NCBI RefSeq assembly: GCF_036321535.1
Contig: NC_087447.1
Location: forward strand, 40,302,001-40,366,000
DNA length: 64,000 nucleotides
From: Camelus dromedarius
Taxonomy: Eukaryota
Reading direction: 5' to 3'
Shown: positions 1 through 14,123 of the stretch, in pieces
How positions within the stretch are numbered: position 1 is the first letter of the stretch
Layout of the letters: every line of letters begins with the position of its first letter
Program-made: the position numbers and the translations under genes
Notes under the pieces: model-generated
What the model was told of the DNA's origin: nothing
Database searches by the model: none
What the model saw: only the letters and a program-made list of their open reading frames with translations

Positions 1-1072
1 GTCTTGGAGGATGAGGAGGGTTGGCTGCACTCAGAGGAGGAAAAGGAACTGAGTTCACAGGAGTTTGTGGTAGAGGGAGCTGCCCCAGGGCCCAAGCCTG
101 GAGGTGAGAAGGGGGGAGGGCCTCTGGGGAAGCGAAGTGGCTCCGGGAGGCCAGAGAGTGGAGACTGGGGGGAAGGGCACTGGAGCTGAAGCAGCTGGGG
201 TGAGGCTGCGGGGGCAGCGCGGTCCAGCTCACCCAGGGCCTTGTTTTCTGCAACCGCCACTCTCTCTGGCAGACCCCCAGGGTCCAACCCCCAGGGACTT
301 CTGTGTTTGAGTGGTTTTCTCCGAGGCTACCCAGAGCAGGTCTGGGGCTGCAGGTGCAGCAGAGGAGCTGCGTAGTGGAGATGGGGAGAGGGGAGGGGAC
401 AGCCCCAGGCTGGGAGACAGGAGACTCTCCGCTGACTAGCCCTGTCACCTGGCAGCATTCCTCCTCTCGGGCCTCAGTTTCCCCGACAGAAAGGGGTTGC
501 CTGAAGGTCTCCATCAACACTGCTTAGCCGGTCTGAGTCCCAGAGTGCAGGAAGGGAGTGAGGTTTGGAAACATCTGTGCTCTGGGGAATGTCCCCTGCT
601 CCACAGCGGGGTGGGCGGGGCGCTCTGCAGCCAGGCCCCAGTTGTGCTCAGATGCTGAGTGGGGCTTCTTAAACTGACTGAGTCTTGAGTTCCCTCAGTG
701 GGGGAGCAGGGGGAGTGGGGCCCCCATGGAGGGTTAGATGCCAGGCTGAGCCTCAGAGGCTTATGGGGGAGGGGTCTCTTGGTCAGAGTTCAGCCTCACA
801 AGTTTCTTCATGGCCCCCACAAAGGGCCATGGAGGCCATGCCGGGGGAGCCCGGGGCTCTGTCTAGCTCCAAAAGTCTGAGGAGCCCACCGCAGTTTCTC
901 CCCAAGAGATTGCTGGGAGGCAAAGTAAGAAGTCCCCAGTTGAGACTGTGGAGTCCTTTTCTGGGAGCTGCGAAGTCTTAGTCCTGAAGTCTCTGGGTGA
1001 GTGAGTCAGGAAGCTGGGATGGGAGACAGGGCGTGAATGGGGGGCAGGGAGGGGGACAGCCAGAAAAATGGA

Positions 1073-1219
1073 GGGGGAGGGTATAGCTCAGCAGTAGAGT
1101 GCATGCTTAGCATGCATGAGGTCCTGGGTTCCATTCCCAGTACCTCCATTAAAAATATAAATAAATAAATAAAAATAAACCTAATTGCTTCTCCCCAAAA
1201 TAAAAATTAAAAACAAAAA
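1073..1219 (+). mobile_element. tRNA-Ala(AGC)-derived SINE, vic-1-like (camelid)
   Basis: GGGGAGGGTATAGCTCAGCAGTAGAGTGCATGCTTAGCATGCATGAGGTCCTGGGTTCCATTCCCAGTACCTCCA followed by an (AAAT)n/A-rich tail; A- and B-box-like motifs. Confidence 0.85.
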
Positions 1220-1519
1220 CCAGGCATGAACAACTGAAGCCCCTGGAAAGCACACTGAGCCTCTTATCTGAGGGAGGCAGGGCAGGGTTAGGGTGACGCC
1301 TCATTTTATGACGGTAACACTTCCCTCAGGGAAGAATGTCAGAGGTCAGCAGTCCAGCCCAGTAATTCACAGAAAAGGACATCAAGCCGTACATTAGAGA
1401 GTAACGTGCACTGGGCCAGAGGGTACATTGGTGACTGAGTGACAGAGAAGTAGCTCCTTAGGGGAGGGACCTGAAGATTCCAGCAGGCTCTTAGTACCAA
1501 AGGGCAGAGGGAGGCATCC

Positions 1520-1760
1520 TGCAAGTGTGAAATACACACAGAATTTCAGGATTTAGTGCAGAAAAAAAAAAAAGGATATGGAATATCTCATTACTGATTT
1601 TTATTTTAATTATATGTTGACATGACAAGATATTGGATATATTGGGTTAAATAAAACATATTAAAAAGTAATGTCACCTGTTTCTTTTTCCTTCTTTTAA
1701 TGTGGCTGTGAGAAATGTTAAGATAAATAAGCAGTTGGCATCTGTAGTATATATTTGTTA
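1520..1760. mobile_element. hAT-Charlie DNA transposon relic (MER33/MER3-like)
   Basis: gatatattgggttaaataaaacatatt...cacctgtttctttt...ttttaatgtggct resembles the recalled MER33 consensus. Confidence 0.6.
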
Positions 1761-2017
1761 CACACCCGGCAGTGATTTCCAACGCTGGCTATGCCGGGTT
1801 GTTTCATTGCTGTCACCCCCAGACCTAGTCCACAGAATGGGAGAGGGTGGGGATAGACAAGGGAACCTTAGAGGACTTTCCACGTGTGAGGCACTGGTCT
1901 AAAGTTTACCATCTCACTTTGTCTTCAGAATCCCCAGTTACAGGAGTTCATCCCTCCAGCAGCCGGCCCTTCGTGCTGGGACTCCCCAGACCCTGGTCAG
2001 GAAAGTGACCACAGGAA

Positions 2018-2033
2018 CCACAAGGTGGCGCTG
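2018..2033 (+). promoter_or_regulatory. Candidate CTCF motif
   Basis: CCACAAGGTGGCGCTG matches the CTCF core CCACNAGRKGGCRC. Confidence 0.55.
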
Positions 2034-2424
2034 TTCTCACAACCCTCCAGTCCCCTGAAACCTCCCGGCACCTGAGCCTAAAACAGTATTTGGAAGAAGA
2101 GGCTTTCCCTGGACCGGTTGTTGAATTCTTTCTCGGCCTTCAGCTGCCAAAGGTTGTTCAGACTCAGGAATGCGGCTACGAAAAACACTCTTCTCTGAGT
2201 GCAGTGCAGGCTGCAGCTCCTCGCCAGTTCTCCTCTACAAAGGAATTCAATACCCAGAGGCCCTCGGGCACGCCTAACACATACGGGAGGAATGCCTACA
2301 CGCTAAGCAGTAGCACGTGCGTCCGCGCGTGTGTGAACAGGGCAGCCAGAGCCAGAGGACGCTGGTGTCAGATTGTTTAGCAGTGGGTTTTATTTTCCTT
2401 TCTGTTTTAGCTTTAGATTTTCTT

Positions 2425-2697
<273 letters not shown>

Positions 2698-4109
2698 CCT
2701 ATAATGAAACCAAATACGTAAAATTAAAGGGAAAATTTTAAAAATTGTGCCTGTTACAGTTGCAGGTGTGGAGGCAGAAGAGTCTCTCCCCGGTGAGTAA
2801 TTGTCTGAAGCATCATTTGAAACCCACCAATCTAATCCCACAGCCTTGTTTCACGTATGAGGAAGCTGAGACTCAGGAAGGAGAAATGACTTGTTCAAGA
2901 CCACACAGCTACTTTTAAATGTTTTTATTTTAAATCTAAGTCCCCAGGGCAGGGGTTTCCACTGAGAAATAAAGGCAGTTTCTGCTTTCTCTGACTTCTG
3001 CCCAGATTCTCTTCCAACTGTGATGACAGCCCAGGGCAGAATGATGGTCATGCATGACACGTCCATCCAGCTCTGTTCACCGCGAGCCTTTTCAGCAACT
3101 GTGGTCCTGCACGACGCTCACACTGTCCCTGAGAGTCGGGAAAGGTAAGAGAATACCCCAGGGATCTGAGAACAAACCAAGGCACAGAGAGACCACCTGA
3201 CTTGCTCTGGAGCATAGAGCGAGTGAGCGAGTGTCAATTAAAAAAATAAAGTAGAAGATTAGCACCCAGGACTCCTGCGACAATTCTACACTTATAGTCT
3301 AGAGCTGAGTTTATTCTAGGCTTGGTGGGAAACACTTTAAAAAAATAAAGGAGGAGGCTGTTAGGTATTGGTTCCCAAGCTGATGGAAAAAAAAAAAAGT
3401 GAGAGCAAGTCTCTGTTCCTTAAGAATAGGACCCTGACTTCTTCATTTTTATATATTCAGAGCCAGGCATCATGGCTGGTCCATCGTAAGCCTCTAACTA
3501 TTCATTGAATGAATAAATACATGTGACACAGACATTGAAATAGATACGCTTGGTTCCTGAGACAAGTAATTAAGATGCTGCAAATGTTACTATCATTTCC
3601 AAAATCCACATAGACAGAAACCCTGGGCAGATGTCTTGAGAGGAGGCAAGCTGACAGCACACAAGGATTCGCTGGTCTTTCTTTCCTGTCACTCTGAACG
3701 GTAACCCTCTAGGGGATAGCAGGCTTCCGACAGTGCTGAGCTCCTGGCAGCATTCTTTTGGTTTGAATCATCCATTTAGCTAACATTTCCTACCTACCTA
3801 CTAAGGATCACTGCACGTTAGGTCCTGAGGCATATGGAATAGATAAGTTGGATAGCATATTTAATAGTATAATATATCAGGAGTTAGATTTAAAACGAGA
3901 ACCTTTAAAGGGAGCTAGCTGTGTGATCTTAACAAGCGCTGACTCAGTGTCGGTGAGAACAGGGGAAGCAATAATTAGCAATCCAATCTAGTGGCTATTT
4001 TCTAAACTCTGATATGCCCAAGAACGAGTGCTGGGGACTTGGAGAAACAGGGATGAGCAAGACAAGCCACTGGAGCTCTTCAGATAGACGGGCAAGCACA
4101 GAAATAACC

Positions 4110-4505
4110 ACTTAGCATCAGGTTTATCCATGTTGGAATGTGTATCAAGACTTCATTTCTTTTTATTGCCAAATAGGATTCCATTGTATGGATGTGCTAC
4201 ATTGTGTTGACCATTCATAGTTGCTAGACATTTGGGTTTTTTCTACATTTGGGCTGCTATGAGTAATACTACCACGAGCATTCATGTACAAGTTTTTGTG
4301 GGAACATATGTTTTCCTTTCTCGTGGGTAGATACCTACCTAGGAATGAAATTGCAGGATGATTTGCTAATGCTATGTTGAACCATTTGAGAAACTGAGAG
4401 GCTTTTCCAAAGGGCCTGCACCATGTTACATCCCCACCAGCGGTGTGTGCAGGTTCCGATTTCTCCCCATCCTCTCCAACACTTGTTATTATCTGTCTTT
4501 TTGAT
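4110..4505 (-). mobile_element. LINE-1 fragment (end of ORF2)
   Basis: Minus-strand translation IKKTDNNKCWRGWGEIGTCTHRWWGCNMVQALWKS matches a degenerate L1 ORF2 cysteine-rich region. Confidence 0.85.
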
Positions 4506-6030
4506 CACAGGAGCCCTTTTGAGAGTGCTCTTGTCAGATATTTTTCTCCTGCCTTCTGTGGGGCTGGACTCAGAGGAGGGACCACCAGCCAGCAGGGGGA
4601 GAGGTGGCTCTGGAGAGGGACTATTCATGGGGTCCCAGTGCAGGTGGTCAGTGGTGCGGGGCACGAGGCTGCACTTCCCGGCTGGGTGTGGTCCTGCCTC
4701 ACCTGCGAATTACGGCAGCCTGCTAAGCCCGAATGATGGGCATCCTTACCTGTGCTTGCAGCACCCAAAGTGCAGGGGCACAGGCAGGCAGCTGACGGAG
4801 CAGAGACTGGGAAAGACCAGGTTCTGGAAGGTGGATACTCTCAGGCAGCCGCCAGAGTGGAAGAGATCTTACGTTCATTGCATGTCTGCTGTGTGCCCAC
4901 GCCTCCCGTTATCTCATTTCATTCTCACAACAGGATGAGGAAAAGGAATCAAAATCTTCATCTTAAGACCTGTAGATTCTGACTTCTTTACCTGTTCCAG
5001 GGTTTCTCGGGCTTTTTTTTTAAGTCTCTCCCCTACAAGCCCTTTTAGGCAATGTTTTCTAACTGCTTCCCCCCATAAAATTTTAGTACCACATATCTGT
5101 TTACATACTGTATGTACATCTATGCTTTAAATATAAACATAAGAATATTTTTGTCCCCTAAGACCAACTCTTGCCCCTTAGGGATGACACTCCTTGTGGG
5201 GAAGCCTTGCCCTCCTGCACAATGGACTGAAAAATGATGATAAGACAATGCACCTGCCTTCAAGATGCCATGGTCCACTGAGGATGATTCAAAAGTTACA
5301 AACCAAGGGACAAAACCCCAAGCACTGCAACAGGAACTGACAACACAACGACCATGTGTGCTTGAGATAAGAGGCTGACACACCAGGGGCTGGGCAGAGG
5401 CCACGGACCTGCTCTCTTGGGAGTTACCTGAGTCATCCAAGGCTGCATTCAGTGCATCTCTCCTGATCCTCTCCACTCTGCTCCTGAGCTGCTGAGTAAG
5501 CTCCCCTTCTCAAGTGACTCCCAGGAAACTGGTTTAGCAGCACAGCAGAAAGTCCAGGCAGCTAGGGGGGCGGGAAGCAGAAGATGGGCCTCCATTCAGA
5601 AGCCAGCAGCTGCAGGAATCTTTCGCTGCACCACGAGGCTCATCCTGTCCCCTGACCTTGGGCTCCAGGAGTGCATCCAGGCTGGGCAACAAAGAAGGGC
5701 ATGCCCCGTAAACTCGAGTTGATTTTAATGTCAGCTGGCTTGCTCAGTCCCTCTTTAAAGGAATTTCATGTCCACCTGGCCACAATTTGGTTTTACTCCT
5801 GTGTGTGCTGGTGGCTCAGGACGCTGGCTGTGGCCACCTAACCCAGCTGCAGAGCGCATCACGACAGAGTCTCTGATGCATGAGCTCCCCTTCGCCGCGC
5901 GCAGAACCTCAAGGGCTCTTCCAGCTGTGCACCTAGCAAAAGTAAGAAAGCATGCTTAGACCCAGGGAGCAAAGTTTAAATTGTGTTTTTCTTGCTCTTT
6001 CTCTTTCTTCTTTGAGGATCTGCCTAATAA

Positions 6031-6780
6031 CCTGCGGTACCATGGGAGATACATATTTGGTCTTTGCCCCCAGTTCCTGGCACACATCTCCAAAAACTCT
6101 CAGAATCTCTGAAACGATGAGTGTCATCTCAGTATAAGATGACTGGTGGCTGGGGGTCCCTAGACAGCTTCCGGGTGGGAGCAGGACACCAGAAAGACCA
6201 GGGCTTGATTAGAGGGTTGGAGCTTTCAACCCCACCCCCTGACCTTTGGGGAGGGGAGAGCCTTGGATGGAGTTACTCATCAGTGACCATTGATTCAGTG
6301 AATTGTGCCTCCGTAGTGAAACCTCTGTGAGAGCCCTTCAGTGACAAAGTTCGGAGAGCTTCCCAGTTGGTGAGCACCTCAAGGTGCTGGGAGGGTGGCC
6401 CGCCCAGAGAGGGCTTCACACCCCTCCCCATGTACCTCACCCTGTGCGTCTCTTCCATTGGCTGTTCCTGTGCTGTTTCCTTTATAGTAAACCAGTAAGA
6501 GCAAGTAAAGCTCTTTCCTGAGATCTGGGAGCTCTTCTGGCAAATTGTCGAACCTGAGGGAGAGGGTCATGGAGCCCCAGGTTATAACTAGCTGGTCAGA
6601 AGTAGCTGGGACTCGTGACTGGCATCAGAAATGGGGATGGTCATGTGGGCCTTGACCTGAGGGTCTGCACTAACCCCGGGTGAATAGCATCAGAATTGAT
6701 CTGAGTTGTTGGATACCCAGTCAGCATCCAGGGTGTTGCAGACTGGTGGCTGGTGTGGGAAAACCCTGTCAGAAGTGTCA
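6031..6780 (+). mobile_element. ERVL-type solo LTR (MER21-like)
   Basis: Start atacatatttggtctttgcccccagttcctggcacac and end ggtgtgggaaaacc..tgtcagaagtg resemble the recalled MER21 consensus. Confidence 0.65.
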
Positions 6781-7519
6781 GAACCACTTGTACGGTTCAT
6801 TCACTGTTTGCAGTATCCCCAGCCCAGAGCCCTTTACCTGCACAATCTCATTAACGCACCTGACAACCCCAGGCGGTAGGTACTGTCATTGTGCCCACGT
6901 TACAGATGTGAAGCCTGGGGCTGAGAGTAACAGAAGCTGAGAGCTGGGATTTCAACCCTGGTCTAACTCTGAAGTCAACATTGTGTTTTAAAACAACTCA
7001 TTTGTTTGCTTTTAATTTTTTGCATAGGTGCTACGTGTACAATTTGCAAATTTCACCAGGTACAGAAGGGTTAACCCAGGACAGTCCTCTGCTGACGGAC
7101 TCACGGTGCTGTGCGCACAATGTTTTGCACTTGTTTATTCAGCAAGGATTCGCTGGGTGCTCCCACGTGCGAGGCTCTGTTCTAGGAGCTGGGAACAGAG
7201 ATGATCGAAACAGCAAAGCCTCTGTTCATCTGTTTTTATAGAGCTGACATTCTGGAGGGCAAAGAGAGACCTTCAAACCTACACACACACATACACATAC
7301 ATACACAGAGGGAGAGAGAGAGAAAGAATATTCTGTGTATTTTAGGAGGTGATAAATGCTATTAAGAAACCAAAGCAGAGGACTGAGAATGATGAGGAGA
7401 GTTGCTATCTTAGATGTGGTTTGGAGAGCCCTCAGATAAGGTGACATTTGAGAGACACGAAGAAAGTGAAGAAGGTACCTGATAAGGGTGTAGCATCTGG
7501 AACAGGTAACGGGCTCTTC

Positions 7520-8070
7520 TGATTCAACAACAAAAAGACAAGCAGCGCCACTTTTAAAAATGGGCAAAGGACTTAAATAGGCACATCTCCCAAGAAGAAA
7601 AACAGTCAACAGACATATGAAAAGACATTCAACAGTTTACACCTTACATCCAGTATCATTAGTCACTGGAAAAATACAAATCAAAATGACTTCACCCCCA
7701 TCAGAATGGCTATAATAAAAAAAAATGGAAAATAAGTATTGGTGAGGACGTGGAGAGGCTGGAACCCTCCTGTGTTGCTGGTAGGAATGTAAAATGGTGC
7801 AGTCACTGTGGAAAACAGTTTGGCAGGTTCTCAAAAAGTTAAATATAGAATTATCATACGACTCAGCAATTGCAATCCTAGAATTGAAAACAGGTCCCCA
7901 CACAAGTACAGGTACATGTGTGTTCCCGGCAGGACTATTCGCAGCAGCCAAAAGGTAGAGGCAGCTCAAGTCATCAGTGGATGAATGGAGGAGCAAACTG
8001 TGGGGTGTTCACACCACGGAGTATTATCAGCCTGAAAAAGGAACGAATACAGATGCACGCTACCACCATT
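7520..8070 (+). mobile_element. LINE-1 fragment (3' region of ORF2)
   Basis: aaatgggcaaaggacttaaatagg...aaatggtgcagtcactgtggaaaacagtttggcagg...; degenerate. Confidence 0.85.
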
Positions 8071-9779
8071 CATTTTCTTGAGATCTTTCACCAATTTCTC
8101 CTCTCTTGGTTCTTAATTTGAACCCAGTCAAGAAAATTTGAACTCAAATTATTAAAAAAAGAATGGTGGTAGCTGCTGGCAGAAAGTAAAATATAAAACT
8201 CGGAAAACACTTCAGTTTTCCGTTTGATTTTAGCCACAGTCATACTGTCTCCTTCGCTTGGGCTGGGGTGCTACCAGCAACACTGCCCCGTCTTCTGATC
8301 TCTGGTGAAGCTTGGTATCTCCCCCAGCAATGATGAAGGTTTGGTCCCTGAACAGATAGTATTAGGGTCACCCAGGAAATTGTTAGAGATGCCGAGTCGA
8401 GGGCTCCGTCCAGGAGCCTGTGTTTAAGACCCGCTTCCCTGCCCCCTGCAGTTCTGATGTTTGCTGAAGTTTGAGAACACCAGCTAAAAGGTGATGAGTG
8501 CCGGCGTGGGCTGCCCGGCAGTGTTGGTCAGCCTCCTGGCCAGCGGGTGAATCTCCAAAACAACACAATCAAACTAGCAAGGGTCTTGCAGAGATAGTAA
8601 GCAAACAGACCCACTCCACGTGTTTGCTTTAGACTAAGAAAGAGCAGACACAGAGTGACGATGACAGAGGGATATAAATGAAGAGACACAATTTTAGCAG
8701 TATCTATCCAAGTTGCCCCCAAGGTAGGAAGTCTTTCCCTTGTTAACAGTGGGGCTTTGGGTAGGTCCCTTCATTTGAATCTTGCTCATGTATCATCAGG
8801 GGCTGGATGGAAATCATCCTGCAGGAAGGATGTGCAGACCATGAGAGAGAAAGGAAAAAGAGTTTAAAAGTGACAGCCTCAGCAGCAGGACCTAAGTGTG
8901 GATGGGAGCGTGTTCTGGGTACAGAGTGAACTTCTTCTGACCCAGCCGTGCTGGCGACACTGCACCGAGGCAGACAAAAGGTTTGCCTTCGTAAACAGAG
9001 AAGAGCTGTCTGCTCAAGACCCTCCATCACCCTCCATGGTCTAAGCAAAAGGGACCATGCCAGGGACACTCCCCTCACCCAGCCTTCCCTGGAGCCCCAG
9101 CTGAGTGCACACAAAGGGAGCTCTGTTCCCTGTCTGCTTTGCAACAGCTTTGTTGGCTGGACCCTGCAAGGATGCGGAGGCGATCATACCATAATAGCTG
9201 ACACTCCCTGGTGCTTGCACCATGCCAGGAGCTCTGCTAAGTGGCTTAAGGAGCTATTTCTTGTAAGACTCACAACAGTCCTGGGAGGCAGGTGCAGTTC
9301 CTGCCCTCCTTTTATAGATAAGGAAAGTGGGGCTCAGAGATGTGGAGAGACTTGTCCCAGTCACCTGACTGGAGAATAACACAGAGCTGAGGTCATTCCG
9401 GGGCCCCTGCCCTTTACGATGCCACGGCAATGCATCTCACAAAGGAGAGATTGGTTAAAAGATGAGAAAACTAGAGTTTAGAGAGAGAAATTAGCTTATC
9501 TAAGATTATAAACCTAGACGGTAGCAAAACCATGACAAGAACACAGTTCTTTTGCCCACACCACGATGCCCCCACTGCAGGCTTCTTAATCTGATATTCC
9601 TGACCAAGGACAGAGCGTCTTCCGGGAGGTGACCCTTCCCCTGCGAGCTGCCGAGGTTCCCGAGGTTCCCGAGCCGCAGGCTGCAGAGCAGCTCAAAGTC
9701 TGGATTCAGGAATCCCACACCCCCACTTGAATCCCTGACCTAGACCTTGGGCAAGTTATTTTACCTCTTTTTTCCCCCA

Positions 9780-10105
9780 ATTTCTTTTAATTAGGTATAA
9801 TTTAAGTGCATTAAATTCAGTGTTTTTAGTGGACTGTTCTACAAGTTCTGACAAATGTATACCAATATTGTATGTCTACCGCCACAATCAAATGTCCCTG
9901 TGCCCTTTTACAGTCAGTGCCTCCCTCCGTCCTACCCTCTGGCAACTAATGATTTGTTTGTAGTCCCTTTAGTTTTGCTTTTTCTAGAACATCATATAAA
10001 TGGGATCAGCATATAGCCTTTTGAGTCTGACTTCTTTCACTTAGCATAATGCATTCAAGATGCATTTTTGTTGTTGTATGTATGTTCATTCCTTTTCCTT
10101 GCTGA
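9780..10105 (-). mobile_element. Old LINE-1 3'UTR fragment
   Basis: ctggcaactaatgatttg...cttctttcacttagcataatg, typical of an L1M 3' end. Confidence 0.7.
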
Positions 10106-12340
10106 CCAGCCAGGATCTCAACGTAGCAAAAACCAACAGTAGCCACCCCACTTTAACTGGAAACACCCTGCAGGCTGCTGAAATCTTCACACATTAAGTT
10201 TCGGCTCATTATCTTCAAGATGACACAACTCTCTGGGAGACAGTGGTAGTGGACTGGATTGCAGATGCAGATACATCCCTTGGGGACTTCCCAGATTATC
10301 TTAGTGACAGCAGGTGCGGGCAAAGAGCCCTGTGGTTTAGGCAGTAATGTGCCCATAAGCTAGAGAATCCTGGGATATTCAGGTCATGGCAGTTAGGGTC
10401 AGAGCCAGAACTCAAACTCGGGACCATCTGGATCCAAGTGCAGCCTTCCTCTCTCCAGCAGCTTCCAGCCACATCATGGGGACGCAAGTGTTGCTGGCTG
10501 TTGCACAGGTCAGGGGACAGGCTGATGGCATGAGAAGAGAGCTTTTTGGTAAGCCACGATGCCAAAGCCAAATGATAAATGAATCCTCAGTAAAGCTCAT
10601 TGCAGAATGTACCCCAAAGTGCTCCCTCTCCTACCTACTTAATCAGCATGTCCAAAGGGCACCCAGGCATCTGCATTGTTTAGCAAGCTTCCCAGGTGAT
10701 TCTATTATGAAGCCATCATTGAAAACGGCTCCAGGGAAGAAATAAACACACCACCCTGCCCCTGGGGCCATGGAGAGAATTGGGTAGAAACGCATTTCTA
10801 GATGTTCTTCCTCTATAGTTGGCTAATAACACCAATTCTTCACTCACTTTTGGCACTGGCTCTACCAAAATTCTCTTGCTCCTGAGTCATCCTCCACTTC
10901 AGATACACATGCAGAAATTTACAGAGCATATGAATCCACCTGCTAAATTCAAAAGGAAGACAGCCAGGCTCGGGGCTTATCCCTCAGGTGCTGTGTTCCA
11001 AGGATGATGGCCCGGATATGGTCCTCTGGGTCTCTTTACCCACCCACGGAAACTTGGCAATTGAAATGTATGTTTTGGATATTCAGGGGCAGTTACTCAT
11101 GGAAACCTTGAATCCACATGAACACTCTTTCCAAAGCCAGATGGAGTTTCCATTCAGAAAAATCTTGGCATCCATTTCTTCAGAATAATCACAATTTGCA
11201 GGCAGGAGCTGGGAGGTTTTGATGAAATTGGTGGCTGGCACTGCCGGTCAGAGGTCAGCTAGCAAAGGGGAGGAGGCCCCTGGCTGACTTGTCCCTGTTC
11301 TGTCGGACCTGGTAGCCTTCTATTTCTAATTCAATTTCTAATAACCTCCTCTAATGCAAACTTTCCTTGATGAGGATTGCCTTGTTAAAATATAGGCAGA
11401 CTCACCCCAGACATTTAAGGCAGCCTAATAGCTAGTAACAGAAACCCAAAGGGAAGTGTATGAGAAGAATCCCAAAACATCTCACGGAGTCTCGGGGCAG
11501 ACGCGGCAGCTGGGTCTCGGACGCATGAAAGAGGAGAACCAAGAACCAGAGCGACATCACATGATGAGGCAGCTCCTCTCTTCCCATCACCCACCTCGCA
11601 AGCTCCTAGAGTCTCATTTCTCTAAATCTCTCTCCATCTCTCTCATTAACTTTCTCTTTGTATGTTGGCTTTTGTCCTCAAGCAGCTAAACAGTGGTGTT
11701 CCCAGCCTAAAAATCCAGGAAAGAATCTGATGGGTCAAGCTTTAGACAGGCGTCCATCCTGGTCCAGTCAAAGGGGTGGGAGAGGTGGGCCATCCATGGG
11801 GGTACCACAGGCTCTCCTGCTCCCACAGCCAATTGGATTGGCAATGGACACGACCTCTCCCATGGACATTCTGAAAAGAGTCATCCTCTTTTGTCTTTTC
11901 CTCCGTCTTACTGTCCTGGCTTCATCTGCTTACTTCTCTGTTTCTTGGCGTACACTGGAGATTCCTTGTGGGCAGGGACCCCAGCCCTTAACTGGCCTGC
12001 ATTCATTCAGGCTATCCTTACTGAGTGCGAACTCCCTGCAGACTCTGGGCTGGAATGGACAGGAGATGGGTGCAGGGACAGGCATCTTGGGCCATCTCAT
12101 GGGGCCTGAATTCTAGCAGGGAAAACAGATACCAAATACTGAATAGATACTAAAGAGCTGTGCAGAGACATGAACTCTGAGCCAGCTCTTCACGTCTGTT
12201 TCCAAGTTATGTTCAGTGTTGTCTAAGATGGAAGGAAAAGAAAAAAGAGGAGTGTGTAATCAGTCCTTCCTTGGCCTTATTAATTATTTTGAATGGTTAA
12301 AGTGTTAAAAATTGGTATGCAATAGTCACCTATCCAGACC

Positions 12341-12860
12341 TGTAACCGAGTTCAAACTCATTCAGCTCACCGCACGACAGGCCAATAAGTCGGGAGACGA
12401 GGTGTTGGGGCAGGGAATAGCGACTTTATTCGGAAAGCCTGCAGACCGAGAGGATGGCAGACTAATGTCTTGGAGAACCATCTTCCTCAAGTCAGAATTC
12501 AGGCTCCTTTTATACTAAAAAGGGAAGAAGGTGTGGTTGGTTGTTGCAAACTTCTTGGTGTAGGAATTCTTTGTTATTGCAGCTGTCAAGGGGGGGTCAG
12601 GTCATGGTGCCCCTGTGAAACCTCTAACAGGACAAGTGTGATTTTCTATTCTGCAGCTTATCTTTATATAAGTACAAAAGGGTTAATATTCTTTAAGGTC
12701 AGAGCCTTGAGAATAGGCTCTCTTGTATATTTCAGGCTAAAGGCAACATTCTTTTACAAAAGGTGCAGAGCTGGCAAGACTAAGCCTGGAAAGCAGGGCG
12801 CACAGTTAAAGCCAAAGAAATAGATTTAATATGGAGTCAGATTTGTTCTTTACTGTTACA
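12341..12860 (-). mobile_element. ERV1-type solo LTR, 520 bp
   Basis: Perfect terminal inverted repeat TGTAAC...GTTACA; flanks gacc/gact (4-bp TSD, one mismatch); minus-strand TATAAAA (12508-12514) and AATAAA (12425-12430). Confidence 0.85.
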
Positions 12861-12922
12861 GACTGAGCACCTCTAAGTTCTAGATGCCTACAGTTTCCTT
12901 GTTTGCAAACTGATCCCTACCC

Positions 12923-12963
12923 TGGTAGTAGTAGTGGTGGTGTTGGTGGTGGTGGTGAGGTGG
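12923..12963 (+). repeat. Imperfect (TAG/TGG)n trinucleotide repeat
   Basis: tggtagtagtagtggtggtgttggtggtggtggtgaggtgg. Confidence 0.7.
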
Positions 12964-13613
12964 GGCAGAGGTGATAGATAAGCCCCATCCCTGCCCAAGG
13001 TCATTACCTGGCTCCAGCTGCCCTACCCTTCCACCCGCCCCAGGAGGAAAGCACCCAATCATTGGTGCAGGACAGAAGGGCCTTTTATGAAGAGAGACGC
13101 CCCCGGCCGGGCCTAGTGTGAACTGTCCACTCCTCCCTCTCACCTCACAGTGATAGAGAGCATTTCTACCAAGAACAGATCTAAGAAAAGTCTGTTTGAC
13201 TCCAAGAGGTGTTTTGTTACGTTTTATTGTGGGGAGGCATGGGATGGGGTGGGGGGGCTTGCCTTTTTCTTTTTTCTTTTTTTTTTTGGTTTTCATTTAT
13301 TCACAAACTATTTGAAATACACAGAAACAATACCAGGCACACACCCATATACCCATGTGTAGTTAATCAAGTGTGACAATTAAACAGATGTGAATTTTTG
13401 GACACTTGTTCCTCAGAACTCCTCTACACTGGTGCATTCTCTTTCTTAAAGAAATAAAATGTTACAAATACGACTGAAGACCGTCCCCATCTCCCCACCC
13501 TCCTTCCACCTCAGAGCCAGTTTGCACGCTCCTGCAGTTTTTACTGTATTTGTAGCACCCATGAACAATAGATACTGTTGTTTTGTGTTTTTAAAATAAG
13601 CACAAATAGTAAG

Positions 13614-14123
13614 CGCGGTGCCAGCTAGTGCCTGCCAAGGCCCTGCGGCCCCCAAACGTCCAGCCCTTAGGCGTCTGCCTGCTCCTCTTTGGAAGATAAA
13701 GTCCTGACGGGTGTTGGCCTTGGCAGAATGAACAGCCCTGGGAAGTGACTGGCCTCGCCATAGCTCAGGCTGACTTTTCTCAGCTCGCTTTCCCCCTTAT
13801 CGGAGTCATCAATTTCTTGCTTGTGTCAGCCCATGTCTCCATCTTACTGGAGTCGTAAATCCACTATCCTCCCGTGTACCAAAGCCCCTTTCCTCACTTA
13901 TAGCCGATCAGAAATCTGCTCCCCCATCCCTTTGTGTTCACAGCCCCTCCCCTAATAAAAGACCCTAGTTCACCCCAGCGGACACGCAGGTGCCTCTTAC
14001 TTGTGTCCTGCCTGTAGCAGCAAATCTATTAAACTTCCCTTTGTTCTTAAACTTCCCCTTGCCTTTGGTAAATTCTTTTTGCCAACCCTCATCACCGGCC
14101 GCCTCGCAAAGTGTCCCCCAACA
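13614..14123 (+). mobile_element. Solo LTR inserted into an older L1
   Basis: 5-bp TSD GTAAG at 13609-13613 and 14124-14128; ends in ...AACA; TATA-like TAATAAAA at 13953 and ATTAAA at 14028; L1-like flanks. Confidence 0.7.

Noticed and set aside
1073..1148. Possible tRNA-Ala gene (also at 37221 and 61297)
   Set aside because: Degenerate stems and boxes, A-rich tails and a TSD mark these as SINE copies.
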